Source: Gammaproteobacteria bacterium
GTDB lineage: Bacteria; Pseudomonadota; Gammaproteobacteria; CAJXQU01
NCBI GenBank assembly: GCA_965223825.1
Contig: OZ245018.1
Span: 2,012,272-2,076,271 of the forward strand
Length of the DNA: 64,000 nt
Direction: 5' to 3'
The notes under the pieces were generated by a model that was not told the DNA's origin, made no database searches, and saw nothing but the letters and a program-made list of their open reading frames with translations. Shown here in pieces: positions 12,401-21,252 of this stretch (the stretch's first letter is position 1; the number at the start of each line of letters is the position of its first letter). A program made the position numbers and the translations under genes.

Positions 12401-15400
12401 GCATCACTGTTTCAGCAACGGATGCGCAAGGTGATAACCTAAACTTCACGCCTTCTGGTTTCCCTGCTTTCGCACAGTTAACTAACAACAGCAACAACAC
12501 AGCGACCATCAATTTCACACCGTCTGTTGCAAATGTTGGATCAACCAACGTCAGCGTGTCGGTTTCTGATGGCTTACTGCAGGATGCTGAAACATTCCAA
12601 ATTACCGTCACAGCGCCAGCATCGGGTGGTGGGAATGTCATTCTCAATGAATTCGTTGCGGGTAACGACAGTGACTATCTAGATGGAGAAGATTGGATTG
12701 AGTTACATAACAATGGTGACCAAGCCGTCGATTTGACGGGCTGGTGTCTCACTGACGATGTCACCGTTCCAAACATGTGGTGTTTCACTAGCGGTAATAT
12801 TGCTGCGGGTGGTTATCTCATCATCACGGCGGATGATCCAGATGTGCCTGCGGATCTGCACGCAAACTTTAAATTGGGTAAGGGTGGAGAGTACTTAGGC
12901 TTGTTCAAACCGGATGGCAGCGTTGCGACTGAATTCGCACCTGAATTTCCGCAGCAATACGATAATGTTGCCTACGGTTTGAACACTGAGGGTGAAGCAC
13001 GTTATTTCCCAACGCCAACACCTGGCGCGGCAAATAGCGAAGGCGTCACTGACTTCTTCAGTTTTGATCCTGATCAAACCACGTTTAACAGCGCTACAGG
13101 CAACTTGAGCGCACAAGCAACCCTTTCAACTTTAGGGACGGTCTCTGAAGCCTATACACTAAGTACTGATGATGGCGGCATGGGCTGGTTATCCGCGAGC
13201 ACGATGGCTGATGAAGATGGTGTAACACCGGATCTCATCGAAATACTGGCTGATCCCTCAGGTCTTGCTGAAGGCACCTATGCGGGTACTGTCTCTGCGA
13301 GTGCGACAGGCATCGGTGAAGGTTCTATGGCAATTACGTTAATCGTTACAGAAAGCAGCACCCCAACCGGCTCACTCATCCTTAACGAATTTGTTGCTAG
13401 CAACAAATCGGATTATGTTGATGGCGAAGACTGGTTGGAAATCTATAACGACGGTGCAACAGCCGTTGATCTGACTGGCTGGTGCTTGACTGACGACGAA
13501 ACGAACCTCAGCCAATGGTGCTTCGCTAACGGATCGATTGCTGCGGGTGAATACTTGGTTGTGATCGCAGATTCACCGGATGTTCCAACCGATCTGCACG
13601 CGAACTTTAAACTGGGCAAAGGTGGCGAATATCTTGCGCTGATTAAACCAGATGGTTCAATTGCAACGGCGTATGCACCTGAATTTCCACAACAATACGA
13701 TGATATTTCCTACGGTCTGGATAGTTCGGGTGCTGAAAGCTACTTCACAACCCCGACTCCCGGTGCAGCGAATGGTGAAGGCGTCACGGATTTCTTAAGC
13801 TTCGCACCAGACTCGTTAACACTGATTGTAAGTTCTGGCAGCGCAACGTCGGAATCTGTACTTTCAACTGTCGCGACAGCAATCACAGGCTATGCCCTGT
13901 CAGTTGATGATGCTGGCCTTGGCTGGCTTTCTGCAACAGCAGGTTCAGGTGAAGATGATCAAACACCGGATGCGATCAGCATTACGGCTGACTCGAATGG
14001 TCTTGCTGCTGGTACATACACCGGGACGATCACGGCATCTGCTTCGGGCTTTGGAGCGGGCCAATTGACCGTCACGCTCTCTGTCACTGAGGGAGGTGGT
14101 TCAACTGGTACGCTGACCCTGACTGAGTTTATGGCTTCAAATGGTTCCACTTATCTTGACGGCGAAGACTGGTTTGAAATTCACAACCCAGGTTCGAGCG
14201 CTGTTGACCTCGCGGGGTGGTGTGCGACTGACGATGTAACCGATTTAGGAAAATGGTGCTTCACCAGTGGCCAGGTTGCAGCGGGTGAATACTTGGTTGT
14301 GATCGCAGACAACCCTGACGTACCGGATAACCAACACGCAGGTTTCAAACTCAGTGCGGGTGGTGAGTATTTTGGTTTGATTAGCCCAACAGGTGTCATC
14401 ACCACGGAATATGCACCCGAGTATCCTGAACAGAGTTCTGATATTTCTTATGGTCTGAATCCAGATAACGAGTTGCGTTACTTCACCGTACCAACACCTG
14501 GTGCGGCGAATAACGATGGTGTCAGCACACTTAATAGCCTGATCACCTTAAGCCATACACGTGGTTTTTATACTGCACCTTTTGATTTGACATTAAGTGT
14601 TGATGCGAATGCTGATAGCGTACGTTACACGCTGGATGGCTCTGAACCTACGTCATCAAATGGCTCGGTTTATAGCTCCCCTATTTCAATTAACAGTACA
14701 ACCATTGTGCGTTTCGCGGTCATCGTTGCAGGTGAAGTCGCTGAAAAAGTAACAACAAACAGTTACTTCTTCTTAGATGACATTTTGCAACAAGCTGATA
14801 TGGATCAATCCGTCATTTCGGCATACAGCGATGAAATCATTGAAGCCATGCAAGCTGTACCAACCATGTCCGTTGCGGCTAACCCAGATGAAATATCCGG
14901 AAGTAGCGGCTTTTATGGTGGTGACAATGTCGAAAAAGCGGTTTCTGTTGAAGTGCTCTATGCAGACGATCCTGCAGCAAGCCATCAAGCAAACTCGGGT
15001 ATCGAATCACATTCACATTTGCGAGCGAAACGGTCATTAAGACTCAACTTCCGCGCGGAATATGGTGACTCGAAATTCAATACTGACTTGATGGAAAAAG
15101 CTCCGCTTAACGGCGACACCGCAAGCAATAAACTGGATAAAATCATCCTCCGTGGCGGTAACAACCGTTGCTGGTGTCGTGATTTCAACCCCGATAAAAC
15201 AACATACACGATTGATCAGTTCTATCGCGATACACAAATTGCAGCAACCGGTAGTGGTATGCGTGGTACCTACGTTCACCTCTACATCAATGGTGAGTAT
15301 CACGGCCTGTATAATGCCGTTGAGCGAGCAGACAAGCATTTCCTCGCGGACTATTTTGATGGTGATGATGCTGACTGGTTCTCAACCAACCACGGGATTG

Positions 15401-16101
15401 TCCATGATGGGTCTGATCCTTTAAACGGTGATCGCACTCGCTATGACTACTTAACCACTACGCTTATCAACAAAGACATGAGTCAAGCGGCCAACTATGC
15501 AGAGCTGCAAGAGTATCTTGAGATAGATCATTTCATCGATTACTTGTTGGTAAGTTGGTGGACGGGTGTTGGCGATTGGCCAGATAACAACTGGTACGCC
15601 GGAAGCCGCAACCCATCATCACCAGAAGGATCAACTGGTTTACTGTTCTTCGCATGGGATGGAGAATGGTCATGGGATGCGCCAGCGGATTTCTCCAACG
15701 ATGGAAAACGGGCAAAAATTCACCCTGCCTTCCGCGGTAATAAAGACATTTCAGACTATGGCGCTTCTGCACCGGACAATCCATTTATCATTGCTCAAAT
15801 CTGGCACGCTGCTCGTCAAAATGCGGATTTCTTAGCGCGAGTGCAAGCACGTGCCGATGCACTGTTAGGCACCGGTGGTGCACTATCCGACGGAGTAGCA
15901 CGTGATCGCTGGTTAATGCTGGCTGATTACGTTAATCAGGCCGTCATTGGTGAATCAGCGCGTTGGGGGGGTGAGGTCAGCAGCCCAGCGAGAACGCGTG
16001 ACATCGATTGGCAAAATGAAGTCAATGTGATTTACGACCTGCTCGATGGGAACGCAGAAGAACTACGCACCCAACTTCGAGAAGAAGGCTACCTACCTTA
16101 A
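9436..16101 (+). CDS. Giant secreted multidomain protein with a signal peptide. It carries 4 copies of a roughly 125-aa module (YxLVYSETxDRAG...YYLDGS...HTIRA), 5 cadherin/He_PIG-like domains (APVLSxIGxQ...TDNGNGTATL...VTDG), 3 lamin-tail domains (LTD), a chitobiase-C-like Ig domain and a C-terminal CotH-like domain.
   Basis: It is a continuous 2221-aa ORF. A Sec-type signal (KRFALYCFFSLITITAHA) follows the alternative start at 9469, which has an AAGGAA RBS. The LTD signature GEDWIELHNNG...DLTGWCLTDD...FKLGKGGEYLGL occurs three times. The CotH-like tail reads LRLNFRAEYGD...YVHLYINGEYHGLYNAVERADKHFLADYF...IDHFIDYLLVSWWTGVGDWPDNNWY. Confidence 0.8.
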   Translation: MEYLAGPRNTYMPNHLFSGSALKRFALYCFFSLITITAHAEDYTLVYSETWDRAGAIPLEGATVSGDLYGRLIPETGGITRVYYYLDGASRQFKNELSPPYDLNGGPSSSAVPYDTTDLTDGSHTIRAEILLDTDEIININTSFIVANNVALENVAPVLSTIGNQSVDADSILNLSITASDLNDDPLSITVDDLPTFASFSDNGNGTATLGFTPLEGDINTYAITVNVTDGEFTDNETFQLTVGEAGSQPYRLVYSETNDRAGQIPLNGAVVGGDLFGRLIPESGGITSILYYLDGSNNHFKTETQAPYDINGGSSTANAFDTTALSDGVHTIRAKVTFSGSDIINFNTSFTVDNGTVTENQAPVLNAIGSQSLEVNNSLSISISASDSDVDPISFSTINLPAFASFTDNGNGTATLNINPATGDAGSYSMTVNVTDGLLSDSEVIQIHVTDPVVVENIPPVLSSIGSQTAFVDESFTINLSASDANSDPLTISLTNGPSFVSLTDNGDGTASLSGLASSTSIGQHSLTVLVSDGALSDSETFQLQIIEPVIENEAPVLSPIGTQTVEVGESFNLSISANDVNGNAGLIISSTDAPSFVTLTDLGDGSASLVATPGNADIGQHSMTITVSDGELSDTETVTFNINAASTHPYSLVYSMTSDRAGQIQLEGATISGDLFARLLPESGGVSNVQYFLDGSSSAFKFESSAPYDVNGGSSTARAYDTTALTDGLHTIRTLMYLNTGESITFDTQFIIANNAPQENVAPVLNPISNVSLLAETSQTITINASDVNGDVLTMTATGLPAFASLTDNGNNTGSLLIQPTAVDVGSYPVSISVADAEFSDTENFTIVVTEEIEQPYYLVYSASWDRNGQNLLDGTVVSGNLYGRMLPESGGITRVYYYLDGSNSRFKSEASAPYDLNGGPSSSAVPYDTTQLSDGPHVIRAEVFLNSGELINFDTTIIVANNGPVNTAPVLSAIGNQTVLAGTSSSITVSATDAQGDNLNFTPSGFPAFAQLTNNSNNTATINFTPSVANVGSTNVSVSVSDGLLQDAETFQITVTAPASGGGNVILNEFVAGNDSDYLDGEDWIELHNNGDQAVDLTGWCLTDDVTVPNMWCFTSGNIAAGGYLIITADDPDVPADLHANFKLGKGGEYLGLFKPDGSVATEFAPEFPQQYDNVAYGLNTEGEARYFPTPTPGAANSEGVTDFFSFDPDQTTFNSATGNLSAQATLSTLGTVSEAYTLSTDDGGMGWLSASTMADEDGVTPDLIEILADPSGLAEGTYAGTVSASATGIGEGSMAITLIVTESSTPTGSLILNEFVASNKSDYVDGEDWLEIYNDGATAVDLTGWCLTDDETNLSQWCFANGSIAAGEYLVVIADSPDVPTDLHANFKLGKGGEYLALIKPDGSIATAYAPEFPQQYDDISYGLDSSGAESYFTTPTPGAANGEGVTDFLSFAPDSLTLIVSSGSATSESVLSTVATAITGYALSVDDAGLGWLSATAGSGEDDQTPDAISITADSNGLAAGTYTGTITASASGFGAGQLTVTLSVTEGGGSTGTLTLTEFMASNGSTYLDGEDWFEIHNPGSSAVDLAGWCATDDVTDLGKWCFTSGQVAAGEYLVVIADNPDVPDNQHAGFKLSAGGEYFGLISPTGVITTEYAPEYPEQSSDISYGLNPDNELRYFTVPTPGAANNDGVSTLNSLITLSHTRGFYTAPFDLTLSVDANADSVRYTLDGSEPTSSNGSVYSSPISINSTTIVRFAVIVAGEVAEKVTTNSYFFLDDILQQADMDQSVISAYSDEIIEAMQAVPTMSVAANPDEISGSSGFYGGDNVEKAVSVEVLYADDPAASHQANSGIESHSHLRAKRSLRLNFRAEYGDSKFNTDLMEKAPLNGDTASNKLDKIILRGGNNRCWCRDFNPDKTTYTIDQFYRDTQIAATGSGMRGTYVHLYINGEYHGLYNAVERADKHFLADYFDGDDADWFSTNHGIVHDGSDPLNGDRTRYDYLTTTLINKDMSQAANYAELQEYLEIDHFIDYLLVSWWTGVGDWPDNNWYAGSRNPSSPEGSTGLLFFAWDGEWSWDAPADFSNDGKRAKIHPAFRGNKDISDYGASAPDNPFIIAQIWHAARQNADFLARVQARADALLGTGGALSDGVARDRWLMLADYVNQAVIGESARWGGEVSSPARTRDIDWQNEVNVIYDLLDGNAEELRTQLREEGYLP

Positions 16102-16116
16102 AAAGTAGGCTCTATA

Positions 16117-16160
16117 AAAACGGCCATTCAAGTTTGTCTTGAATGGCCGTTTTTGTTTGA
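16117..16160 (+). terminator. Rho-independent terminator after the giant gene.
   Basis: A perfect 14-bp stem (AACGGCCATTCAAG / CTTGAATGGCCGTT) has a tttgt loop and is followed by TTTTGTTT. Confidence 0.75.
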
Positions 16161-16279
16161 GGGTTCGGTGTCTTTCTGGTTTAAATCGAATTGAATTTTT
16201 GAACCCAAAATTATAAACCTTTGGGATTTTTCGTTAGATCAGCTTAAGTTTCCTCAGCCTATAAACAAATACATTCACC

Positions 16280-17494
16280 TCAATCCAGTTTTTTTAATTG
16301 GCAACGAAAACCCTTAGTTAATTTTTGAGGATAGACATTTACTAAAGAGACTGAATCACAGTTTTGGAAACGCTTAAATGTGTCGATAGCTTTTACAAAC
16401 GTATTTATGATCTGCTCTTCATCAAATTTACGCTGCTCTATAAATAATGACTTAATCTCTAAATGCCTGCTTTTGCGATGTGCTTTACAATCCATGCGCC
16501 CAATAAACTGGTCTCGGTACAAAAGCGGAAGACTGAAATACCCATATCGGCGCTTCGCCTCAGGTACATAACATTCCAACTGATAGTCAAATTGAAAAAG
16601 CGCTTTTAACCGATCACGCAAAATCACACTATTATCAAAGGGAGAGAGAATACAGAGCCGATTATTAAGTCGGGGTAAGGAACGTTCAAGCGCTCCCGCT
16701 TCAATAAGAAATCTCTCACCACTGATCAATTGCACCTCCTCCAATAAACCTGCAGAAATTCTCTCTTCAACCAATACCTTTACAGCCTGGCGCAAACCGG
16801 TGTTTCGCCGCTGATGTGTCAGGCCTTTCATCGATACCACACCATGACAGCGTAAATTCTTTGCAAGTAAATGATCAGCAAACTCTGCCATAGATGGAAC
16901 CGATGTCCTCACGCCCGTTGGTAAAACCCGCTCAGTCAGATCGTACGTTTTCTGAAACCCTTCCCGATCACTGATCATCAAATCGCCTTGCATATACAAC
17001 TGCTCAAGCGCCTTCTTCGCCGGTTTCCAATCCCACCAACCAGCTCGCTTTTTCGTATTCGACTCCAGATCACGTGATCGTAGTGGACCATCTGAACGTA
17101 CACGGGCTAACAGCTCCTCCATGAGTTTCCTATCCGGATTCTTATACCAATGTGTTTGGCCAGATTTAATCGCATGTTTGTAAGGTAATGAGAATCGAAA
17201 ATCATCCATTGGCAAAAACGCCGCCGCATGCGCCCAATATTCAAAAACCTCCCCCTTTACTAACAATTGATTAGTCATTTCAGCTGAAAAACCCGGCACT
17301 CTTGAAAAAAGTACATGATGGTGCGCGCGCTCCACCACCGAGATAGTATCGATCTGCACATAGCCCAAATGCTTGATCGCTTCATACGCACCCGATAAAC
17401 CACGACCAAAAAATGAAGTTGAAAATAAGCCTTGGGACGCTAAGGCAAGACGGCGAAGCTGCGTCAATTCTCGAGGACTTTTGATGTCAATCAT
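16280..17494 (-). CDS. YcaQ/AlkZ-like winged-helix protein (DUF1006; DNA glycosylase-like).
   Basis: It is 404 aa. The motif GYVQIDTISVVERAHHHVLFSRVPGF and the overall length fit the YcaQ family. Confidence 0.6.
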   Translation of the reverse strand: MIDIKSPRELTQLRRLALASQGLFSTSFFGRGLSGAYEAIKHLGYVQIDTISVVERAHHHVLFSRVPGFSAEMTNQLLVKGEVFEYWAHAAAFLPMDDFRFSLPYKHAIKSGQTHWYKNPDRKLMEELLARVRSDGPLRSRDLESNTKKRAGWWDWKPAKKALEQLYMQGDLMISDREGFQKTYDLTERVLPTGVRTSVPSMAEFADHLLAKNLRCHGVVSMKGLTHQRRNTGLRQAVKVLVEERISAGLLEEVQLISGERFLIEAGALERSLPRLNNRLCILSPFDNSVILRDRLKALFQFDYQLECYVPEAKRRYGYFSLPLLYRDQFIGRMDCKAHRKSRHLEIKSLFIEQRKFDEEQIINTFVKAIDTFKRFQNCDSVSLVNVYPQKLTKGFRCQLKKLD

Positions 17495-17636
17495 GTTTCA
17501 CTTATCTGTGCGGCGAGTATTGCTGAGTGAATATAAGGGCGTCCGAAGTATAAATAGAGAATTTACAATAGCGAAATTTTTCAAGTACTCAACTCCAGAT
17601 TTCCAACAACTCAAACAGCGACATAGTTTTGAATGG

Positions 17637-18344
17637 TTATGCGGCACCGCCTGATCGCCTAGAAAACCAAGCGTGGACAAAGCCTGCCTGATAAAACTGA
17701 ACAGGTAAGTCAAAACCACCGCGTTGGATTATTGACTCAATGTCACTCGGAGGCAGTATTGCAAGATCATTTGCCCATGCGGAGTGGGTTTTTTCTATGG
17801 CATCGACGGGCACGTTTGCAGCATGCAACATACTGACCCATACCTTAAGTAAGGCTTCGTATTCAGGTGAACCTACCGCTGCCGATAAGTCAGCACTGAC
17901 GAAGATTCCGTTAGGCTTCATTCTCTCTGAAATGGCATAAAAAAAGTTGGACCGCGCCTCATTATCGAGAATGAATTGAGAAACCATAAAACAAGTAGCT
18001 GCATCGAAAACCGCAATACCTGGCAATGACTCCACGTAGCCTTCATGAAAGGTACAACGAGAAATAAAACCTTCCTGCTCTGCTCTTTGGTGACATACTT
18101 CAAGCATTGCACTTGAAGGTTCAACAGCAGTAAAACTCCAACTTGGAAACCTACTCGCCAAATAGGAAAGCTCCGCACCAGTACCCAACCCAACACAAAG
18201 TATGTGAGCGACTTGTGGCAGCTCTGAAAAAACCCATTCGAGCTGAAAATAAAGACCATTGTGAACTGGCGCAAGTTTGTTTTGCTGCACGTCATAGCCA
18301 GAAGCCTGTTTATCAAAAACAGCTTTGAGTTCTTCTTGGTTCAT
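17637..18344 (-). CDS. Class I SAM-dependent methyltransferase (small-molecule type).
   Basis: It has the glycine-rich motif I, ILCVGLGTGAELSYL, and a Rossmann-fold layout. Confidence 0.7.
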   Translation of the reverse strand: MNQEELKAVFDKQASGYDVQQNKLAPVHNGLYFQLEWVFSELPQVAHILCVGLGTGAELSYLASRFPSWSFTAVEPSSAMLEVCHQRAEQEGFISRCTFHEGYVESLPGIAVFDAATCFMVSQFILDNEARSNFFYAISERMKPNGIFVSADLSAAVGSPEYEALLKVWVSMLHAANVPVDAIEKTHSAWANDLAILPPSDIESIIQRGGFDLPVQFYQAGFVHAWFSRRSGGAA

Positions 18345-18541
18345 CTAATAGCGACTCCTAAACTGCACAAATAACAACGTTATAAAGTATAAAGATGCGA
18401 GTAAGTGAGTGAATCAATTTACCGTAAAAACGTGGATTCATCTTTAAATAATATGTGTGCGAATGAGATCCCGTTCAACTTCTGACGGTAATCGCTGCAC
18501 AGTCTCAGGGTAATTGAAAACCTTCTTCTGTCCATTCGACA

Positions 18542-18563
18542 CGAATTAAGCCGGCTTAATTCG
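18542..18563. promoter_or_regulatory. Perfect 22-bp palindrome, CGAATTAAGCCGGCTTAATTCG, in the divergent promoter region upstream of the RND efflux operon. It is a candidate operator.
   Basis: The palindrome is exact and lies about 125 bp upstream of the OMF start. No T-tract follows it, so a terminator is unlikely. Confidence 0.3.
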
Positions 18564-18688
18564 ATCTTAATCCCCTCATCGATAAAGTAGCCTCACGAAT
18601 CGTCACGATCACCGTGATTTTTGCTGTTGAGAAAAACTTTTGAAGATTTTTTTGCTAATTCCAATGATGACACGTAGGCGCTAATGTG

Positions 18689-20077
18689 ATGAAAATCAGC
18701 ATTAATCGTCCACTCAGCCGAAGCGTTTCTTTGTGCCTGCTGATCTTGATCGCTGGTTGTACACATAGACCTGCGGATCAACCCGATTTTACCGATCAGG
18801 CACAGCGTCAAACACAGCAAGTCACGAATTGGACAAAAATAAATCAAACTGGTGAAGAAACAGCCTCTCTCACCGCACTCATTGATGCCGATGAATTAAC
18901 TCGTCTGATCACGCGCGCGCTTGATCAGAATCCTTCATTACAACAACGCTGGTGGAATTTGAAAATCAGCGAGGCGCAAGCGCGTATCAGCAAATCTGAT
19001 CGCTTACCCAGCGTTGATGGCAGCATCGACATCGAAAAAAGTGAAGGTGCTGACACGGGTTTTGCAACGGGACTCTCGATCAGTTGGGAAGCGGACATCT
19101 GGCGCAAACTGGATGATCGCTATCTAGCTTCGATCAAAGACGTCGGCGAACAAAAAATGCTTTACCGTGCAGCGCGTGATCTGCTCGCAGCGAATATCAT
19201 GAAAAGTTGGTTGGGAATAATTCAGCAGCAGATCGCCATTCAGATCGAAACCGAACGCTTAAACAGTCTTCAAACAAATGAAAACTTTATTCTACAACGT
19301 TACCGCATTGGTCTTGGGACGCTCGAAGATCTTGATAGTGCGCGCAGTAATGTGGCGAGTTCACGCGCTACACTTGTTGCCTATAACGAAACTCTTGACC
19401 AACTAACGCGATCATTAAAACAGTTGTCTGGCGACATCCCTCAACTGAACGATCTGACCCCATTTAAACAGATAGAAAACTACCCTGCCGTGATCACATC
19501 ATTGGCTAATCTCCCTGAGCAAACATTGCAACGCCGCCCTGATCTGATCGCGGCCTATCTCGCAATCGAAGCCAATGATTATCGAAACCAAGCTGCCTAT
19601 AAAGACATGTTGCCGTCGTTGAATCTTTCTGCCGCACTGTCTGATCTGGCCAGCAATCCAACCGATGCATTGATGACAAACCCAGTTTGGACATTACTCG
19701 CACAACTCACCGCACCACTCTATCGCGGTGGCGAACTGGATGCGGCGGCAGATATTTCACGCTATCAAACTGCGCAAAGTTATCAGGTTTACCGGGAAAC
19801 ATTGTTAACCGCGGTACAAGAAGTCGAAGACACACTGGGCCAAGAGCGATCGTTAACCCGTCAACTTGAACACATCGACGTTGCACTAAACAGCGCACAA
19901 AACAATCTAGTGCAATATGAAAAACGTTATCGTGCAGGTTTGGTCGACATACTCGACCTGCTTTTAATTCAGCAGCAAACCTACGATTTGCAAGCGCAAA
20001 AAAATCAATTACTCGCTGCCCGTCTGACCAACCGTGTCGACCTGGGGCTAGCATTAGGATTAGGAGTTTCCGAATAA
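18689..20077 (+). CDS. RND efflux outer-membrane factor lipoprotein (NodT/TolC family).
   Basis: It has a lipobox, LLILIAGC, and the two-repeat OEP architecture. The track's start is GTG; the first ATG is at 18689. Confidence 0.85.
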   Translation: MKISINRPLSRSVSLCLLILIAGCTHRPADQPDFTDQAQRQTQQVTNWTKINQTGEETASLTALIDADELTRLITRALDQNPSLQQRWWNLKISEAQARISKSDRLPSVDGSIDIEKSEGADTGFATGLSISWEADIWRKLDDRYLASIKDVGEQKMLYRAARDLLAANIMKSWLGIIQQQIAIQIETERLNSLQTNENFILQRYRIGLGTLEDLDSARSNVASSRATLVAYNETLDQLTRSLKQLSGDIPQLNDLTPFKQIENYPAVITSLANLPEQTLQRRPDLIAAYLAIEANDYRNQAAYKDMLPSLNLSAALSDLASNPTDALMTNPVWTLLAQLTAPLYRGGELDAAADISRYQTAQSYQVYRETLLTAVQEVEDTLGQERSLTRQLEHIDVALNSAQNNLVQYEKRYRAGLVDILDLLLIQQQTYDLQAQKNQLLAARLTNRVDLGLALGLGVSE

Positions 20078-21252
20078 TGCGTCAACTTTCTCGCATACTT
20101 GTCTTTGTTGTTGCAGCCTGTTTGTTCGCGACCATAGTTGCCATCACGTTAAAAAAAATGGATGCGTTTGCTAACCGTCCGTTACCGACACCACCGACCA
20201 ATGTTCAAACACCTGAAGTTACTGTAACTCGCGTTTTACCACAAACTTATACCGCAAACGTGATCGGCTATGGCAGTGCAAAAGCCCATTTTTCGATCAC
20301 TCTAACCGCACAAGTTGCCGGGCGCGTTATCGCCTTAGCCGACGAATTTGAAAACGGTCACCGCGTTGCTGAAGGAACCGTTCTCGCACACATCGACGAC
20401 ACCGAATATCGCGCAGCCGTCGCTAGTGCAGAAAGCGACCTCGCTGAAGCACGCGTCGCCCTACTTGAAGAAGAGCGCGAATCGTTACAAGCGCAAGCAG
20501 AATGGTCCGCTTCTGGATTATCTGGAAAACCTGACTCTGATCTCGTCTTACGCAAACCCCAGCTCGCGAGCAAACGCGCTGCGTTAAAAAATGCACAAGC
20601 CATATTAGATAATGCACGTCAGAATCTTGAATACACCAAAATCATCGCACCGTTTGACGCGGTGATCACAACGCGTGAAATAGCACCTGGAAGCTACCTA
20701 AATAGTGGCGCGAATATCGCTGAATTAAGCAGTACTGATCGAATAGAAATTACACTGGCATTATCTGATCAAGAATGGCAAAACCTCACCGGTGAAAACA
20801 GTCAACAGACCAATCTCATCGGAAAAACCGTCAACTTAACAAGTGTTGAAGGCACGCATGGCTGGCAGGGTCAGATTTTACGAACACTGCAACATGTTGA
20901 TACAGAAACCCGCCAACGTGGCTTAATTATCAGTGTTGAAGATCCACTTTCCGAGACAATCCCCCTCTTTCCAGGCACATTTTTACAAGCTGAAATAACG
21001 GGCCAGGAACGTTCACAACTTTGGAAATTACCCAGCTCAGCCCTGAGCCAACGGGGAGAGATCTGGTATGTGAAGGAAGATAAGACATTAATGAACCTTG
21101 AAGTCGATCCAGTATTTACGGACAAAACATTTATTTATATTCACGCACCGGATGCTTTCGCCGACACAGAGCACCAAATCGTCAACCACCCATTGAATAG
21201 TTATTTACAAGGGATGGTTGTCACCGCAACCGAGGTAAAACCGGATGTCTAA
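20077..21252 (+). CDS. RND efflux periplasmic adaptor (membrane fusion protein, HlyD family).
   Basis: It has an N-terminal TM anchor and a coiled-coil/lipoyl/beta-barrel layout. It abuts the OMF gene and overlaps the RND pump by 8 nt. Confidence 0.85.
   Translation: MRQLSRILVFVVAACLFATIVAITLKKMDAFANRPLPTPPTNVQTPEVTVTRVLPQTYTANVIGYGSAKAHFSITLTAQVAGRVIALADEFENGHRVAEGTVLAHIDDTEYRAAVASAESDLAEARVALLEEERESLQAQAEWSASGLSGKPDSDLVLRKPQLASKRAALKNAQAILDNARQNLEYTKIIAPFDAVITTREIAPGSYLNSGANIAELSSTDRIEITLALSDQEWQNLTGENSQQTNLIGKTVNLTSVEGTHGWQGQILRTLQHVDTETRQRGLIISVEDPLSETIPLFPGTFLQAEITGQERSQLWKLPSSALSQRGEIWYVKEDKTLMNLEVDPVFTDKTFIYIHAPDAFADTEHQIVNHPLNSYLQGMVVTATEVKPDV

Noticed and set aside
4279-15835. Numerous 60-100-aa ORFs on the strand opposite long, well-supported genes. 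Examples are 4279..4497, 9927..10160, 10518..10742, 11070..11294, 12372..12647, 14181..14405 and 15037..15339. The same pattern recurs inside prpB, ppsA, the RND genes and others.
   Set aside because: They are nested entirely within CDSs that have strong family signatures and carry no recognisable motifs. They are typical shadow ORFs.
9436-16101. Whether the repeated DNA blocks in the giant gene could be a CRISPR array or a mobile-element repeat.
   Set aside because: The repeats are long (hundreds of bp), diverged, in-frame and coding. They are protein domain repeats, with no short identical direct repeats and spacers.
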